Shown here piece by piece: positions 1 through 13,593 of a stretch of DNA of 64,000 bases. The notes beneath the pieces are model-generated. The model saw nothing but the letters and a program-made list of their open reading frames with translations, was not told the origin of the DNA and searched no databases. Source of the stretch: Octopus sinensis. Its lineage: Eukaryota. Numbering within the stretch: the first letter of the stretch is position 1; each line of letters opens with the position of its first letter. The stretch lies in the NCBI RefSeq assembly GCF_006345805.1, contig NC_043005.1:43028001-43092000 (forward strand). Direction: 5' to 3'. The translations under genes were made by a program, and so were the position numbers.

Positions 1-765
1 GGTACTAGTTAGTAAATGATGGGACGTGAAATTTGGTCCCAGACATGGCTTTATATTAATGCAGTTTACAATTCGTTTCAGGGTGTATGTATTGTGTGTG
101 TTCGGTACCTTGACGTACCGGAAGTACTTCCACTTAGAGTTACCACGCAATTTCTAAAGAGCTAGCAGCTGTTCTGTGTTGAAGTACTTCCTGGTTTCAT
201 AGCAAACCCAACCTTTGTTATAGTGTTTCGGCTCTCTGGAGAATGTGAATCGGAAACCATGTGATTGGGAAGCAAACTTCTTACCATACAGCCACGCCTG
301 GACTTATATATATATATATGGTGAATCATCCGTTATGGGAGGAAGGACGTTGAATACAGTTGCATTTTCATAAGTTAGAAGTATTTGCTAGGGTGGGATG
401 CACGCATACAAAAACAGGGATACACACACGCATGCGCGCACGCACGTACGCACACACACACACACACACACAACACACACACACGTGTGTGTGTGTTCGC
501 GAATATATTGATAATATCTTTTATGAACTTAAAATTTATAAGTGATCACCGTTTATTGACTAAGCAAAGTAATCTAATATTGGGGCATATAAACCTTCGA
601 CGGAAAAAAGAGTAGGGGAAGCGGCTGACCTCCCCTGTTCGAAGGGTTATAATGGATACAGGTTCGTGTGTCATATAGCTAGCTAGAGGTGATGGCCTCT
701 TGGACCTAATGAACGGCAGCTTTCGTCCTATATTTATGGACTGCTATATTAGCTTGGTGGTAACT

Positions 766-794
766 ATATATATATATATATATATTATAATATA

Positions 795-847
<53 letters not shown>

Positions 848-900
848 ATATATTATTATATATATATATATATATATTATATGTATATATATATAATATA
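766..900. repeat. Interrupted (TA)n microsatellite
   Basis: Direct: near-pure TA run with a few TAA/TTA interruptions. One of dozens of such runs in the window. Confidence 0.95.
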
Positions 901-1182
901 TATAATTCTAAGAGAGTTAGAGGTTGTGAATCCAACCAACTAAGGGATAATATCTATCCAATATATATATATGTGTGTTTGTATGTGTGTGTGTGTGTAC
1001 ATATATGTGCATTCCTCATTACGTACCTTTTCATTCCTACAAAACTACAATACCATTAAGCTAGATTGATTATTTAAATTCCACTATTATTTCTTTTTTG
1101 ATAGTTTTATCTTCCCTCTGTTTATACTTTATCTAATAGGAATAGTATAAAACAGCTAATAATAATAATTGATTCCGTTGTA

Positions 1183-1232
<50 letters not shown>

Positions 1233-1237
<5 letters not shown>

Positions 1238-1292
1238 CGGGAAGGTTTATGAAAATAAAAAAGACGAAGGCAGGTGGAATACAAACAAACAA
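1233..1292 (-). mobile_element. Truncated copy of the short (TA)n-embedded element seen in full at 11653-11870 and 32691-32930
   Basis: ATAACGGGAAGGTTTATGAAAATAAAAAAGACGAAGGCAGGTGGAATACAAACAAACAA matches the end of the 32691 copy. Confidence 0.8.
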
Positions 1293-1342
1293 TATATATA
1301 TATATATTTAAATGTATGGTTATGTATTTATGTATATTTATG

Positions 1343-1410
<68 letters not shown>

Positions 1411-1867
1411 TGTGTGTGTAAAAGTGTTTATATATGTATGTATTTATATTTATAATTTAATCTTATGAACTTTCTAAACTCTCAGACGAAGACCAGAGGC
1501 ACACCCAAGTACCTTAACCTTATCTACCAAATACTCCAGTTCACTGAAAGGATGGAAGTAAAGTGGGGTACTATGACCTCTTGGCTGAAACAGCTGTAAG
1601 AAACTATTCTACTTTCTATGTTCTATGTTATACATTTTAATAATTACTGGTATTTTTATATACGTAAAGCATAATCTGTTATACATGTATGTATATTGTT
1701 ATAATTGTGTTCTTTTTTAAATAAATAAATAAATAGACATAATATAACATCTTGTTGATCTCAGAACTATTCATTAAGCATGGCTCTTATTAATTGTTCA
1801 CTATTTCTCGAGCCTTTTCAGTAGTTATAATAGTTCAGAAATATTACCTGAATTCATGAGTGTGAAT

Positions 1868-1868
<1 letters not shown>

Positions 1869-1957
<89 letters not shown>
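1869..1957. repeat. (GATA)n microsatellite
   Basis: Direct. Confidence 0.97.
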
Positions 1958-2337
1958 CAGAGTGAGAGAGAAAGCGTGTTTGCATGTGTATATGCGTGTG
2001 TTTGAGCGTGTAGATATGAGTGTGTGCGCGCGTGCCTGTTTTGAAATTATATTTATAAGATAGTTAACTTACTGAGAACAAAAGATACATACACCCATAC
2101 AACACACACATGTGTATATATGTATATATATATATACTTACATATACACACACATACGCGCACGCACACACACATACACACACACATACATATATATATG
2201 TATAAAAAATCTTCACAAACTCATACTCAGTTTCCCGTGACCGTTCGTCAGACAGTTGTGATCATACATGTGTTGGTATGTATGTATGCATATGTATGGC
2301 TATACATATTCGCATACATATATTTGTGTGTGTGTAT

Positions 2338-2373
<36 letters not shown>

Positions 2374-2439
2374 GTATATATCTCTGTCTATCTATCTACC
2401 TATATCATATGTAAATGTATATATGCATGTCAGTTTATA

Positions 2440-2812
<373 letters not shown>

Positions 2813-2858
2813 TGTGCTTGTGCGCTCGCGCGCGTGTGTGTGTGTGTGTCTGTGTGTG

Positions 2859-3251
2859 TAAGAGTTGCGAGAAAGAGTAGGAGAAATCCGGGATATGTGT
2901 TTCATAGTGAGTGGAACCTCAAATGTGGTAAAATTCAAGCGAAGTGTACACCATTGACTTCTCTTCAGGCCAAGGATATCTTGATTGGATTGATGGCTAC
3001 ATTGTCGCAAGGAGGTAGATATTAACGCAAAGGCGATTCAATCAGACTGTCATTCGATCAAATTCTGATTGAATCTTCTTTGTGTCAACATCTACCTCCT
3101 TGCAACAATGTAGCCATCAATCTAATCAAGATATCTTTGGCTTGAACAGTAGCTGGCGGTATACATCTCGCTGGGATTTAACCACTTCTGAAGTTCCGCT
3201 CGTCATGAAACATGTAGCCCGGATTTCTTTTACTCCATTCCGTAACTCTTA
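2859..3251. repeat. Long imperfect inverted repeat (foldback), about 190 bp arms and a 17 nt loop
   Basis: 2859-3046 is the reverse complement of 3064-3251. The ORF track shows near-identical peptides on opposite strands (QCSHQSNQDI.GL). Confidence 0.92.
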
Positions 3252-3451
3252 TATTCTTTTTCGCACATTCGGCAACTTTGGTCGCCAACCATGAAATATA
3301 AAAAGAACTTCTTTCCTGCTCATCTTTCTTCGATAAGGAAAAAATGTTCTGCAACTTTCCGTCTCAATAAACGACTATTGCTCCTGAAAGTTTTTATATT
3401 CACTACGAACTGCTCGAACTTTCTTCCTACACTTCGATCCCTGGATCTTAC

Positions 3452-3492
<41 letters not shown>

Positions 3493-3493
<1 letters not shown>

Positions 3494-3494
3494 C

Positions 3495-3591
<97 letters not shown>
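3493..3591. repeat. (TAGA)n microsatellite
   Basis: Direct. Confidence 0.97.
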
Positions 3592-3593
<2 letters not shown>

Positions 3594-3888
3594 GTGTATA
3601 TATATTTTATATAAGTACACATACATTATATATATACATACATAAATAAGTGTGTGTATATATATATGCATATATTGTATATATAAGTATATATGTATAT
3701 ACATACAGGCATACATACATACATACATATATACATATTTATATGTGTGTGCGTGAGTATTTATATGTTGAGTTACATATATAAATAGATGTTACTTAAT
3801 GAACACAATGTACGGTGTGCGAGATACACATACAGACACAAATACACGGATACACATACAAATACACACACACACACACACACACTCA

Positions 3889-3939
<51 letters not shown>

Positions 3940-4262
3940 TTATATATGCACAATAGCACTACACTCCATTCCTAAGCTCGCGCACACGTTCACACATCTC
4001 TGCATCTCCAGTCAAATATAGAAATATAATGATGTATAAATTGGTAGAAATATATGTCTATCTATCTATTTATTTATATTCCTGACTATATATATAGCTA
4101 TATACATACACACACACACCACACACACACACACACACACATATATATACATACATACATATATATTCATGCATGCTATACTCATCTGTATGTAATATGT
4201 TCATGTACCTATGCATCAGGTTATCACTTTAACTAGCTAACCATCTAACCATTTATACATAG

Positions 4263-4365
<103 letters not shown>

Positions 4366-4494
4366 TATACATATATATGTATATATATGTACATATGTAT
4401 ATATATGTACATATATATATATATATATATATGTCGTGTGTATGTATGGAGGTACATATGCATGTATGTAAGTATGTATTTATGTATGCCTGCA

Positions 4495-4541
<47 letters not shown>

Positions 4542-4624
4542 GTATATACACACACACATATATATAAATACATATATGTTTATATAGACACATATATATA
4601 CATATACATATATAAATATAGATA

Positions 4625-4656
<32 letters not shown>

Positions 4657-4749
4657 AGCAGGCAGAGAGTTAGAGTGAGTTGTATTACACTATGTGTTTT
4701 TGTGTGAGCGTCTGCGAGCATTTATGCACACACACACAGACAGACACAC

Positions 4750-4783
<34 letters not shown>

Positions 4784-5761
4784 TGTACGCTCATATGCAA
4801 TTTTCTATAAATGCTCGCAGACACTTCAGCCTCACACACACGCACGCACACACACACACTCACACACACATACACACAGTCGTCTACATGAATGTGTGAG
4901 TGTATGTGTGTGTGTGTGTGGAGGTCATGTGTATGCCTTCCTGTGTGTGCGCTTGTGACGGTGCCCGCATACATGTGTGTATATACGTGTAAGCAGTCAT
5001 AACTAAATATCACATATTTAATCAGTTGTGAATATCTTTCTCACAAGTAATTTCCTAAGTCATAATAAGTTAAAACAATTTCTTTTTTTGCTTTTGTTTT
5101 TAAAACTGCCATTCTGTACAGACATCATTATAATCTTCACTTTTCATTCCCGTAATGTGTACAGTTCTAAGAAAACATTTTACAAATCATGCTTATCAAT
5201 TATTCACTTAGCTGCGCTGATAATTTGGTATAATCTATTGCCACCCTGAAAGAAAGATCTTGGTAGACTGTTTCAGCCAACGTCTTAAGCGGCCTACTTT
5301 CACTCGCACATTAAAATCTGTAATTAAACAAAACTACAACTTCATTGACCTTCACTAATTACAAAATAATGAAAATGCCAATAGCTTTTGCTTTAATAGT
5401 TGAGAAGACAATTTTCGTGTGAAAATCAAGTTAGTGACATTTAAAAAGCATATACAAGCTTGATTAAGCAGACAAACTAGCATTTTCAGATATTTCAATC
5501 AAGGTTTTCTAGTTGTTATTGCAACCATCGAAGCCTGCAATTGATAGTAGACACGTTGAAAATTATTTTTAAAATCAAATTATATCCACACTGTACGTAT
5601 GTGTGAGTGTGAAACACGTGTATGTACGTCTGTATTCGCATCAGTGTATACGTAAATTTGTCTGTCTTGTATGTATGTATGTATGTATGTATGTATGTAT
5701 GTATGTATGTCTATATGTATATATGTCTGTCAGTATATCTGTGTGTGTATGTGTATATATA

Positions 5762-5843
<82 letters not shown>

Positions 5844-6439
5844 GTGTGTGTGTGTGGTGTATATATATATATGTGTGTATATATATATATACACATATAT
5901 ATACATACATATATGCATGCATATGTATATATGTGTGCATATATGTATGTATGAGTATGTTTGTATGTTCGTTTATATATGTATGTGCGTGTGTGTTTGT
6001 GTATACGTACGTGTTTCAGCTGTAAGGTCACTACTATGTAAGTGATTGAGTGATATCTGATCGATACCTTTTTACCTTTCTCTATTTTCTCAGCTGATAT
6101 TTTTTTTTTTAGTTTTTGTACATTTTTTGTTTCACCTTTTTTATTTTTCCATTTTTGATTTGTTTTGTGATGTTTTAGTAATTATTTCACACATCCTTGC
6201 TTTACAACATCAGCTCTATAAACTATTTGCCCATGGATATGTCTACTATTTTTATAGGTTTATTTCAGCAAAATCATTACATTCATTCATGTTAGAGGGA
6301 GATGGTTAGTTTTATTTTACTTGTTGTTGTTGTTGTTGTTGTTGTAGTACTCGTTGTCTTAGTAGTAGTGGTTGTTGTTGATTTTGTCATAACAGACGCC
6401 ATCCAAATAGTTTTTTTTGTAATTTTTCATATTTCGCAG

Positions 6440-6560
6440 TCATTTAACGAATAGTCGTAATATAGTTTTTGGTAACGCGACCCCGATTTTAAATACCTTC
6501 ATGTCCTTAGAGGATGGAGGGCAATGCTCAAAACTTGTGGGGGTCTCCCCGGCCGACGGA
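6440..6560 (+). CDS. Candidate coding exon of an unidentified gene (HLTNSRNIVFGNATPILNTFMSLEDGGQCSKLVGVSPADG)
   Basis: Strong acceptor TTTTTCATATTTCGCAG, donor GGA|GTGAGA, one open frame, non-repetitive. A minus-strand alternative exists (6497-6591, DSLNKHRLHLTPSAGETPTSFEHCPPSSKDMK). No homology recognised. Confidence 0.3.
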
Positions 6561-6893
6561 GTGAGATGCAGTCGATGTTTGTTTAAACTATCTGGAAATC
6601 TATGTTTGTAAATTGAAAATAAAAAAGGCAGAGTATTTAGTGTGGAATGTGTTAGGGGAGATATAATATGGATGACCACAGGGGAAGAAATAAGTAGAAT
6701 GGGTGCATCTGAATCATGCAGTATACAAGATCAGAGACTGTAGTAGTAACGGTAGAAGAAACAATGTGTCTGTGTGACAGTAGTGCTAATGAATATGATC
6801 TACCAACCAACCAGCCAACCAACCAAACGGTTTTCTGCTGGATTCATTTAACAGTTGTATCGTCTCAAATGGTTTTATACTGTTATCTTAATC

Positions 6894-7066
6894 TGGCGAG
6901 TTGGCAAAATCGTTAGCACGCCTGACGTAATGGCTAGCGGTATTTCAGCCGTCTTTACGTTCTGAGTTCAAATTCCGTCGAGGGTGACTTTACCTTTCAT
7001 CATTTCGGGTGTCAATAAAATAAGTACCATTTGAACACTGGGGTCGAGGTAATCGACTTAACTACT
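6894..7066 (+). mobile_element. SINE family B (head GGCGAGYTGGCAGAATCGTTAGC)
   Basis: Head, B-box GAGTTCAAATTCC, and GGGGTCGA..TAATCGACTT body shared with other copies in the window. Confidence 0.85.
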
Positions 7067-9822
7067 CCAGGGTAAGAGTATAAAAACTGCATCGATCTGC
7101 CAAGCCACGTCGATCCAGTGTGGCAGAGTAGGCTCATCAAACCAATATGATCTCAGGCTCAAGTTCACAGCTTCCACACCAGAGTGTAGTTGGTGGAGAG
7201 AACATGCTGAGGCCATCGTCCTGCAGCCGACTGAACATAGGCTATACAAGCCCATCGAAATTTAATCAGGAGCGCATGATTTTTATAGAAAGCTATCAAT
7301 ATTTATAGCCGAGCTATGTATTGATTCTCAAGAGGGATCCTAACCTTTGGGGTTTGGATTTTCATGCTATATATGAGCTTCCTGTGGAAAGATTGTTAAC
7401 AATAGTGAGTCGTATCACTTGTAGCTACAGTGAGTGTCTTAATTGTGTATTGTTCATATATAATGAAGATATAATAAAACTTTGTTTACATCACTAAGTA
7501 TGTCGCAGTTAGTGTGTTCTAATTATATTAACAGTGTGCTGTAAGTGTGCAGAAATGGATGTATGCAGTGATATTTTCGGTTTTCTCTCTTCAAGGAAGC
7601 AGCTCGAGTTTTGGATGAAGTGTCATGGCTACGTGTGATGAGGTCTCTGTGCAGAAGATCAATGAAAAATTAAGGGTAGGGAAATCTGTTTGAATATGTT
7701 TGGTAAAGATCAGGGAAGGAAATGAGAAAACTCGTTGGTCTTCGAGAGCTGATGATTTGCGTGTTTGTCAAAGGTCTGTCAACGAACTTTGCATCGTAGT
7801 TGTCTGACAGGCATCTTCAGATTCAGCCTGGTAAGAAAGATTTAAGGACAACAGTTTTGCTTTCATCAGAATTCTCAAAGGTGTCAGTTCATTCGTACAT
7901 GGGTTAGGAGAGCAAATCTTTAGTAAATCTGATCCCATAGAAACCATACTGAAGGTTACTATGAAAGCCATTACGTGGCAGTTGATAAGGTGAAAGCGAT
8001 GGATTTTTGGAAATGAAGCACAGTATGGAGTGATTCTCTAGACTGTGATAGATTCTTCTAGGTAGAGAAATATTCGAGCTCTACATTTAAGCCAGCTGTT
8101 TGGAAAATAGAAAGGATACTGTGGGAGCTTTGTTGAATTGCAGGGAACAAATGGATTTCTCAGATATCGAATTTGAGTATTTCGAGGTGAAACTGGTGGA
8201 TGGGAAAAGATGTGGTTGTGTAAAAGATTTTTGTTGCGTGTCTGGGAAATTGGGTTTTGATATCACAGAATTTGAAATGTTAATTATACATGCGTTAGTG
8301 AATCAGTTCAGATTTTTTTTTACTTCCTTTGAATTTGTCACCAATTTATTTATGCTGCTTGTTTTACTCATCTCATCTCCCAGAATGAGTAATGGTATTT
8401 TAATAGAAATCTTATCTTCAAAGTTGTTTAACCAACGAAATGTGTCGATAAACCACATGTAGACGCAATTAACATATGTCTCAAAAGAATATATTTACAC
8501 TAATAAATAATTTCCTGGTTTCACAGAACAGTAATTTACTGTAACTGATTTGCATGAATTGCTGTTGTTTATAACCAAAAAGCAGAGTAGATCATCTAAA
8601 CTTCTGATCACCTTCCAAACGACGACGATCCTTCTGGTCTTTTACCAAAATAATTTTCCTCATCTTTGCGGAGCCCTCTTTCTCTCCAATTCCCGACAAT
8701 GATTACATTGTCAGTCGTACCATGCTGAGTCACCCTCCACTTCCACTGCTCGTTTTGCAGTCAAGTCTACAGACATTTGACAAACCTCCAATTCTATCCC
8801 CTTCCATCCTTCTAGGTCCACCACTTTGCATCCATGTATGTCAGGAGTGAAAGTGCTCTCGGTCACACCAAATCTTCTTGTAGCATACGTAAATACTTGC
8901 AAGTTCCCTCAACTATCACGAAACGCAAAGAATTTGGAAAGCTGTTTTCAATAATTTGTGTATAAAATAATTCTGTCACACACACATATATATGTACAAC
9001 TATACCTAGCGTTATGAGATACTGTCATCTTTTACGTAATTTGATATTTATTTTTTTATATAAATGTTGACACATCACCTGTTAAATAAACACCACAGAG
9101 GACACCATTCCTAATCAGCATTAGCCACGAGTCATTCTTGTGGTTGCTGCTGTTCTCATCAATGTTGTCAATATTAGTTTTTATGCATTCATTTCGAGTA
9201 TTTCATATACTTTTCCCAGTTGTTCTCACTCTAGCTACAACCAGGATCGTTTGTTTTTGATAGATATTTTTATAAGTTTTGGCAGCAGGATTTGAGTTAT
9301 TACATATTTACAGGATGCTCAGGCATATGAGTGGGGAGAAAGAACTCATGTTATAGCTATAACTTACTTCCGAATACATAGTCCGAATGTTTAAAAAGAG
9401 TGGACATTGCTAAAAGGATCCGACGACGGTGGTATTAATAGAGACGATGGCTTAAGCTTTCTAACCAAAGTTTTCTTTCTACCTTCCTTCATTCTCCCTC
9501 TTCCGATGGAGAAATGCAGCTAATATTGTTATGGCTACATATTTTTCTGTACCCAGTTCTCTAACAGCCATGCTGGAAATATATTTTTATCTTCATAGTA
9601 ACATAAAAAAAAGCAAACGAAAAAAATAAGAGAAAGAGTAAAAACAAATAACAACTAAAAAATTATTCTGCCTCTAAATGGGGAAAATATATATCAATTC
9701 AACTGTTTCCATTCTTCATCGATAAGTTAACAGGATAATTAAATCAATAAACTAACAAAAAAAAAAAGAAAAAAAGCATATATAAAATCCGGCGGGGGTG
9801 AGTTCAAGACACGCTTTACGCA

Positions 9823-9879
9823 CTAACTCCTAACAGTAACAAAAATACCTACAACAACATTAAAAACAACAAAAACAAT

Positions 9880-9935
<56 letters not shown>

Positions 9936-9953
9936 CGATAACGGTGATGATGA

Positions 9954-9986
<33 letters not shown>

Positions 9987-10602
9987 TGATGATGATGATG
10001 ATGATGATAGTAATAATAATCACAGGAAAAACTACAATAGTAATAATATTATTGTTAATAATATTCTATGAGGAAAATGCTTCAAATAAGATTTACAATA
10101 AAAATCTATTTTCTTAACAGAATATTTGAGAAACAAGCTATATTTTCCTCTTTACTTAGTTCTAAATCTATGATACTAAGGGCAAGAGAAAGTATGAATC
10201 TGTTCGGTAAAAACAGGTGATAAAAATCATATAAAACTCGTAAAAGTAATTCTACCTATCAGTAAAGGTGAGTTTATGTACACATTGACGATTCTCTATG
10301 TTTTTGTTGTCACTGTTGCCGGTGATGGTGATGGTGAAGGTGATAGTGATGACGACGACGACGACGACGATGAAGAGGGGGTGTTGTTGTTGTTGCTGGC
10401 GGTGGTGGTGGTATTTGTGACGATAGTAATAGTTGTGATGGGGGAAACGGATGATGATGTTCACGGGTGTTTTTCATTTGTTGTAATTACTTATGTTATC
10501 GCTCATTATGACTGTTATTTCTGTTGCTGTGGTACTTATTTAGAATTCATTTTTCTACTACATTTTCTCCTTTCCTTCTTTGTCTTTTTCTCATCATCAT
10601 CA

Positions 10603-10650
<48 letters not shown>

Positions 10651-10720
10651 TATTATTATTATTATTACTATCATCTATTGTTGTTAATGAAAATATTAAT
10701 AACGAGTATGTTATCACCAA
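9823..10720. repeat. Compound trinucleotide low-complexity zone (AAT, GAT/GAC, GGT, TTA)
   Basis: Direct; it explains the poly-I/V/D/L ORFs in the track. Confidence 0.9.
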
Positions 10721-10901
10721 AGCACTAATGTTTTTGTCATGCAGTATTTATATTTCCTCTCCGTCTGCTTTTAGTTCAATTTTCTTCGGGTTCCAACTCC
10801 CCGAGTCGATGAAATAAAGCACCAATCAAGTATACAGGGGTCAATGTAATCGACCAAACCCTCCCCTCAAAAGTGCTTGTCTTGTACCAAAATTAAAAAG
10901 A

Positions 10902-11024
<123 letters not shown>

Positions 11025-11652
11025 TTGTTGATACAGCGGTTGTTTAAACTCCAAATCACCCCATATTGTTATCTTGTTCTTTTAATGATATATATAAGAC
11101 TTCACAACCTATCGTAGCTTCTCCTTAATTTAGTCGGTAGGATGTAATTTGAGAGAGATTTGGGTGCTGCTTCCAGTAAGCTAAATGACCACCTAGAAGC
11201 TCTCACATTGGCTTGACCTTGGTGATGTGAACTAAATAAGAAACGAGTAGTTTATTTCCTATTCGCTACCACACAGTATATTATAGTCGGTCCTAAATAG
11301 GTTCCTTTTCTGAAGCAGTATTAGCTAACAAACTCAAGATGCAAATTACCGTGCACTTTGCCACTCTTCCACCGACCGACATAGGACTTTCAGTTCAGGG
11401 AATGACAAATGAGGTCACCATGAAGTGATATCTATACGCAATTCGACTATAATGATACGCGTTGGTACGACACAAAGTGAGATGACTCGTAAGAGCGAGA
11501 AACCGCAAGTTTTACATGAGAGTGTCTGTCTCCTAGGATGAACTGACAACAGGTAGGGATCCTGCAACGCAGTAATTTTATTGGGGGCCTCGATAACAGC
11601 CAAGGGTATTATATACATGTGTGTGTGGTGTGTGTGTGTTGTGTGTGTGTGT

Positions 11653-11866
11653 GTATCGCCATGTTGATTTGCTAGCATCTGCACGCATTTTTTTTTCTCC
11701 CTTGTTTCTCTCCGTGTTTCTTTTCTGTGTATCTTTCTGTTGAAGAGCGTAGGCTCGAAACGTAAAAGACTTGCTTTATTTATATTTCCTGAGCGCCATA
11801 CTAATACAATTGTTTGTTGTGTATTCCACCTGCTTCGTCTTTTGTTTATTTTCATAAAGCTTCCCG

Positions 11867-11870
<4 letters not shown>
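11653..11870 (+). mobile_element. Short non-autonomous element with a hammerhead-like motif, between (TG)n and (TA)n
   Basis: A second copy lies inverted at 32691-32930. Motif at 11732-11769: TCTTT CTGTTGA A GAGC gtag GCTC GAAAC GTA AAAGA. Confidence 0.7.
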
Positions 11871-11918
<48 letters not shown>

Positions 11919-11989
11919 CAGAATGAGATAAAAAACCAAGGCTGTGAAGATTTAGAACATTTATAAATAGGTCTTACAGTTGTTCCCAC

Positions 11990-12104
11990 ACGGTTCCGGG
12001 TGGCACCTTGAGCAAGTGTCTTCTACTATAGCCTCGGGCCGACCAAAGCCTTGTGAATGGATTTAGTAGGCGGAAACTGAACAGAAGCCCGTCGTATATA
12101 TGCA

Positions 12105-12135
<31 letters not shown>

Positions 12136-12160
12136 TGTGTGTGTGTGTGTGTGTGTCTGT
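11990..12160 (+). mobile_element. Partial SINE family A
   Basis: GGCACCTTGAGCAAGTGTCTTCTACTATAGCCTCGGGCCGACCAAAGCC...GAAGCCCGTCG matches the full-length copies. Confidence 0.85.
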
Positions 12161-12269
12161 GTTTTGAAAATTCCTTGATACAGTTATAATATTTGGAGAG
12201 AAGATTTTTTTCTCAAAGAGTTAAGATTGAGAAAAGAACCTTTTTAGAAAGTCGAAAGATACTAACGTT

Positions 12270-12650
12270 TGATTGATTGATTGATTGATTCTAGTTCAGC
12301 TTATGAGCTGTGGCCATGCTGGGGCACCGCCATTTGGTGTTGCTACTTGGTTTCACTTCACGAAAGCTTTCTAGCAACTGCCATTTGGTGCATGAGAGAG
12401 TTCGATGCAGCTGCCCTCATCTGCCCCTCCTGCCGTGAAGTTGGTTCATCTGGGACACCTGACAGGAAGAGATCCAGCTTCATTTTAAAGACATCTGCAT
12501 CCACCCCATGCAGGTCTCTCAGGTTCTTCGGGAGGATATTGAAGAGCTGTGGGCCTCGGAAGCCCAGGCTATCACAGAATCTTGTCCTACATCTTGATGG
12601 CAAGTTTGGAGTCCTAGGCACCACGCAGTGACGCCCAGTTCTGGGAAGAA
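12270..12650 (-). mobile_element. CR1/L2-group LINE 3' fragment (ORF2 C-terminus, 3' UTR and (ATCA)n tail)
   Basis: Peptide RTGRHC...SLGFRGPQLFNILPKNLRDL...FKMKLDLFLSGVPDEP...ASNSLMHQ is a typical CR1-like ORF2 end. Stop at 12358-12360, short tandem tail at 12270-12290. Confidence 0.85.
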
Positions 12651-12769
12651 ATTTCACAAAATGTGTGTAGGCTTTGCTTTTATAAACGTGCAAGCACTTT
12701 CAGTTCTTAACATTTTCAAGCACGTCTTATTACATATAGTGAAAGTTGTTTTCAGTTAAATTTGTTGTT

Positions 12770-13312
12770 GACTATTTCCGGTTTAGTTTTGGACTTAGAA
12801 ATCTTATGAAATATTCTTCTTTTGCCTTCCGGAGAAGGTCGTTCTTTTCATTTATTTTTATGAAGAGGAAAAATTGTAAATTCTTCTTGTGCACAGGTAT
12901 CTAAATGATCGTTACATGGTATGCATCTAAGTGCGGGATGTTTTATTTGATGTCTGTGCACATTTACACAGTTGGTTAGTTTCGTTATTCTTTCCTCAAT
13001 AATATAATGTTCGATGCATTGTGGGCATGTGATATATCAGATTTTTGCTTTTACAGTTCATACTTGCATTCACCCTTAATTCTTTTCCATTCTTGAATTT
13101 TTTTTGGCTGGTCCCTGTTCTATTAAATCCCATGTCCCAGATCGGGAGGTCTCCACATTTGGTAACTTGCATCATTTCTTCCTCTGATGCAAATCTTGCT
13201 TTGGTTAAAAGTCTCTTAAGATTTGGTGGTTGCCTTCGGCTGTTGATCATTTGTTGTTCCTTGATTATTTATCGAAGACATGGGGACTGGTGTAGAATTA
13301 GTAGAAGGCATT
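12770..13312 (-). pseudogene. Penelope-like element GIY-YIG endonuclease region, frameshifted
   Basis: RQPPNLKRLLTKARF, VTKCGD, NASMNCKSKNLIY, ITCPQCIEHYI, VHRHQIKH, LRKAKEEYFIRFLSPKLN read across frames. Confidence 0.85.
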
Positions 13313-13417
13313 TGGCTCTTTTTTTTTTTTTTGTAAGTAATCTGTCTATCTATCTATCTAACCCTATATATGTGTGCATATATATGTATATATACATCAC
13401 ATATATATTAAATATAT

Positions 13418-13481
<64 letters not shown>

Positions 13482-13561
13482 ATATATATATATATATATA
13501 TTAGATATATATATATATATAACATATATATAGGGTTATATAGATAGATAGAGAGATAGAT

Positions 13562-13593
<32 letters not shown>

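Noticed and set aside
10276-10728. 150 aa ORF with acidic and hydrophobic runs
   Set aside because: Concatenated trinucleotide microsatellites.
12281-12631. 116 aa plus-strand ORF
   Set aside because: Antisense shadow of the LINE ORF2 fragment; likewise 13045-13419 and 61282-61584 for the PLE fragments.
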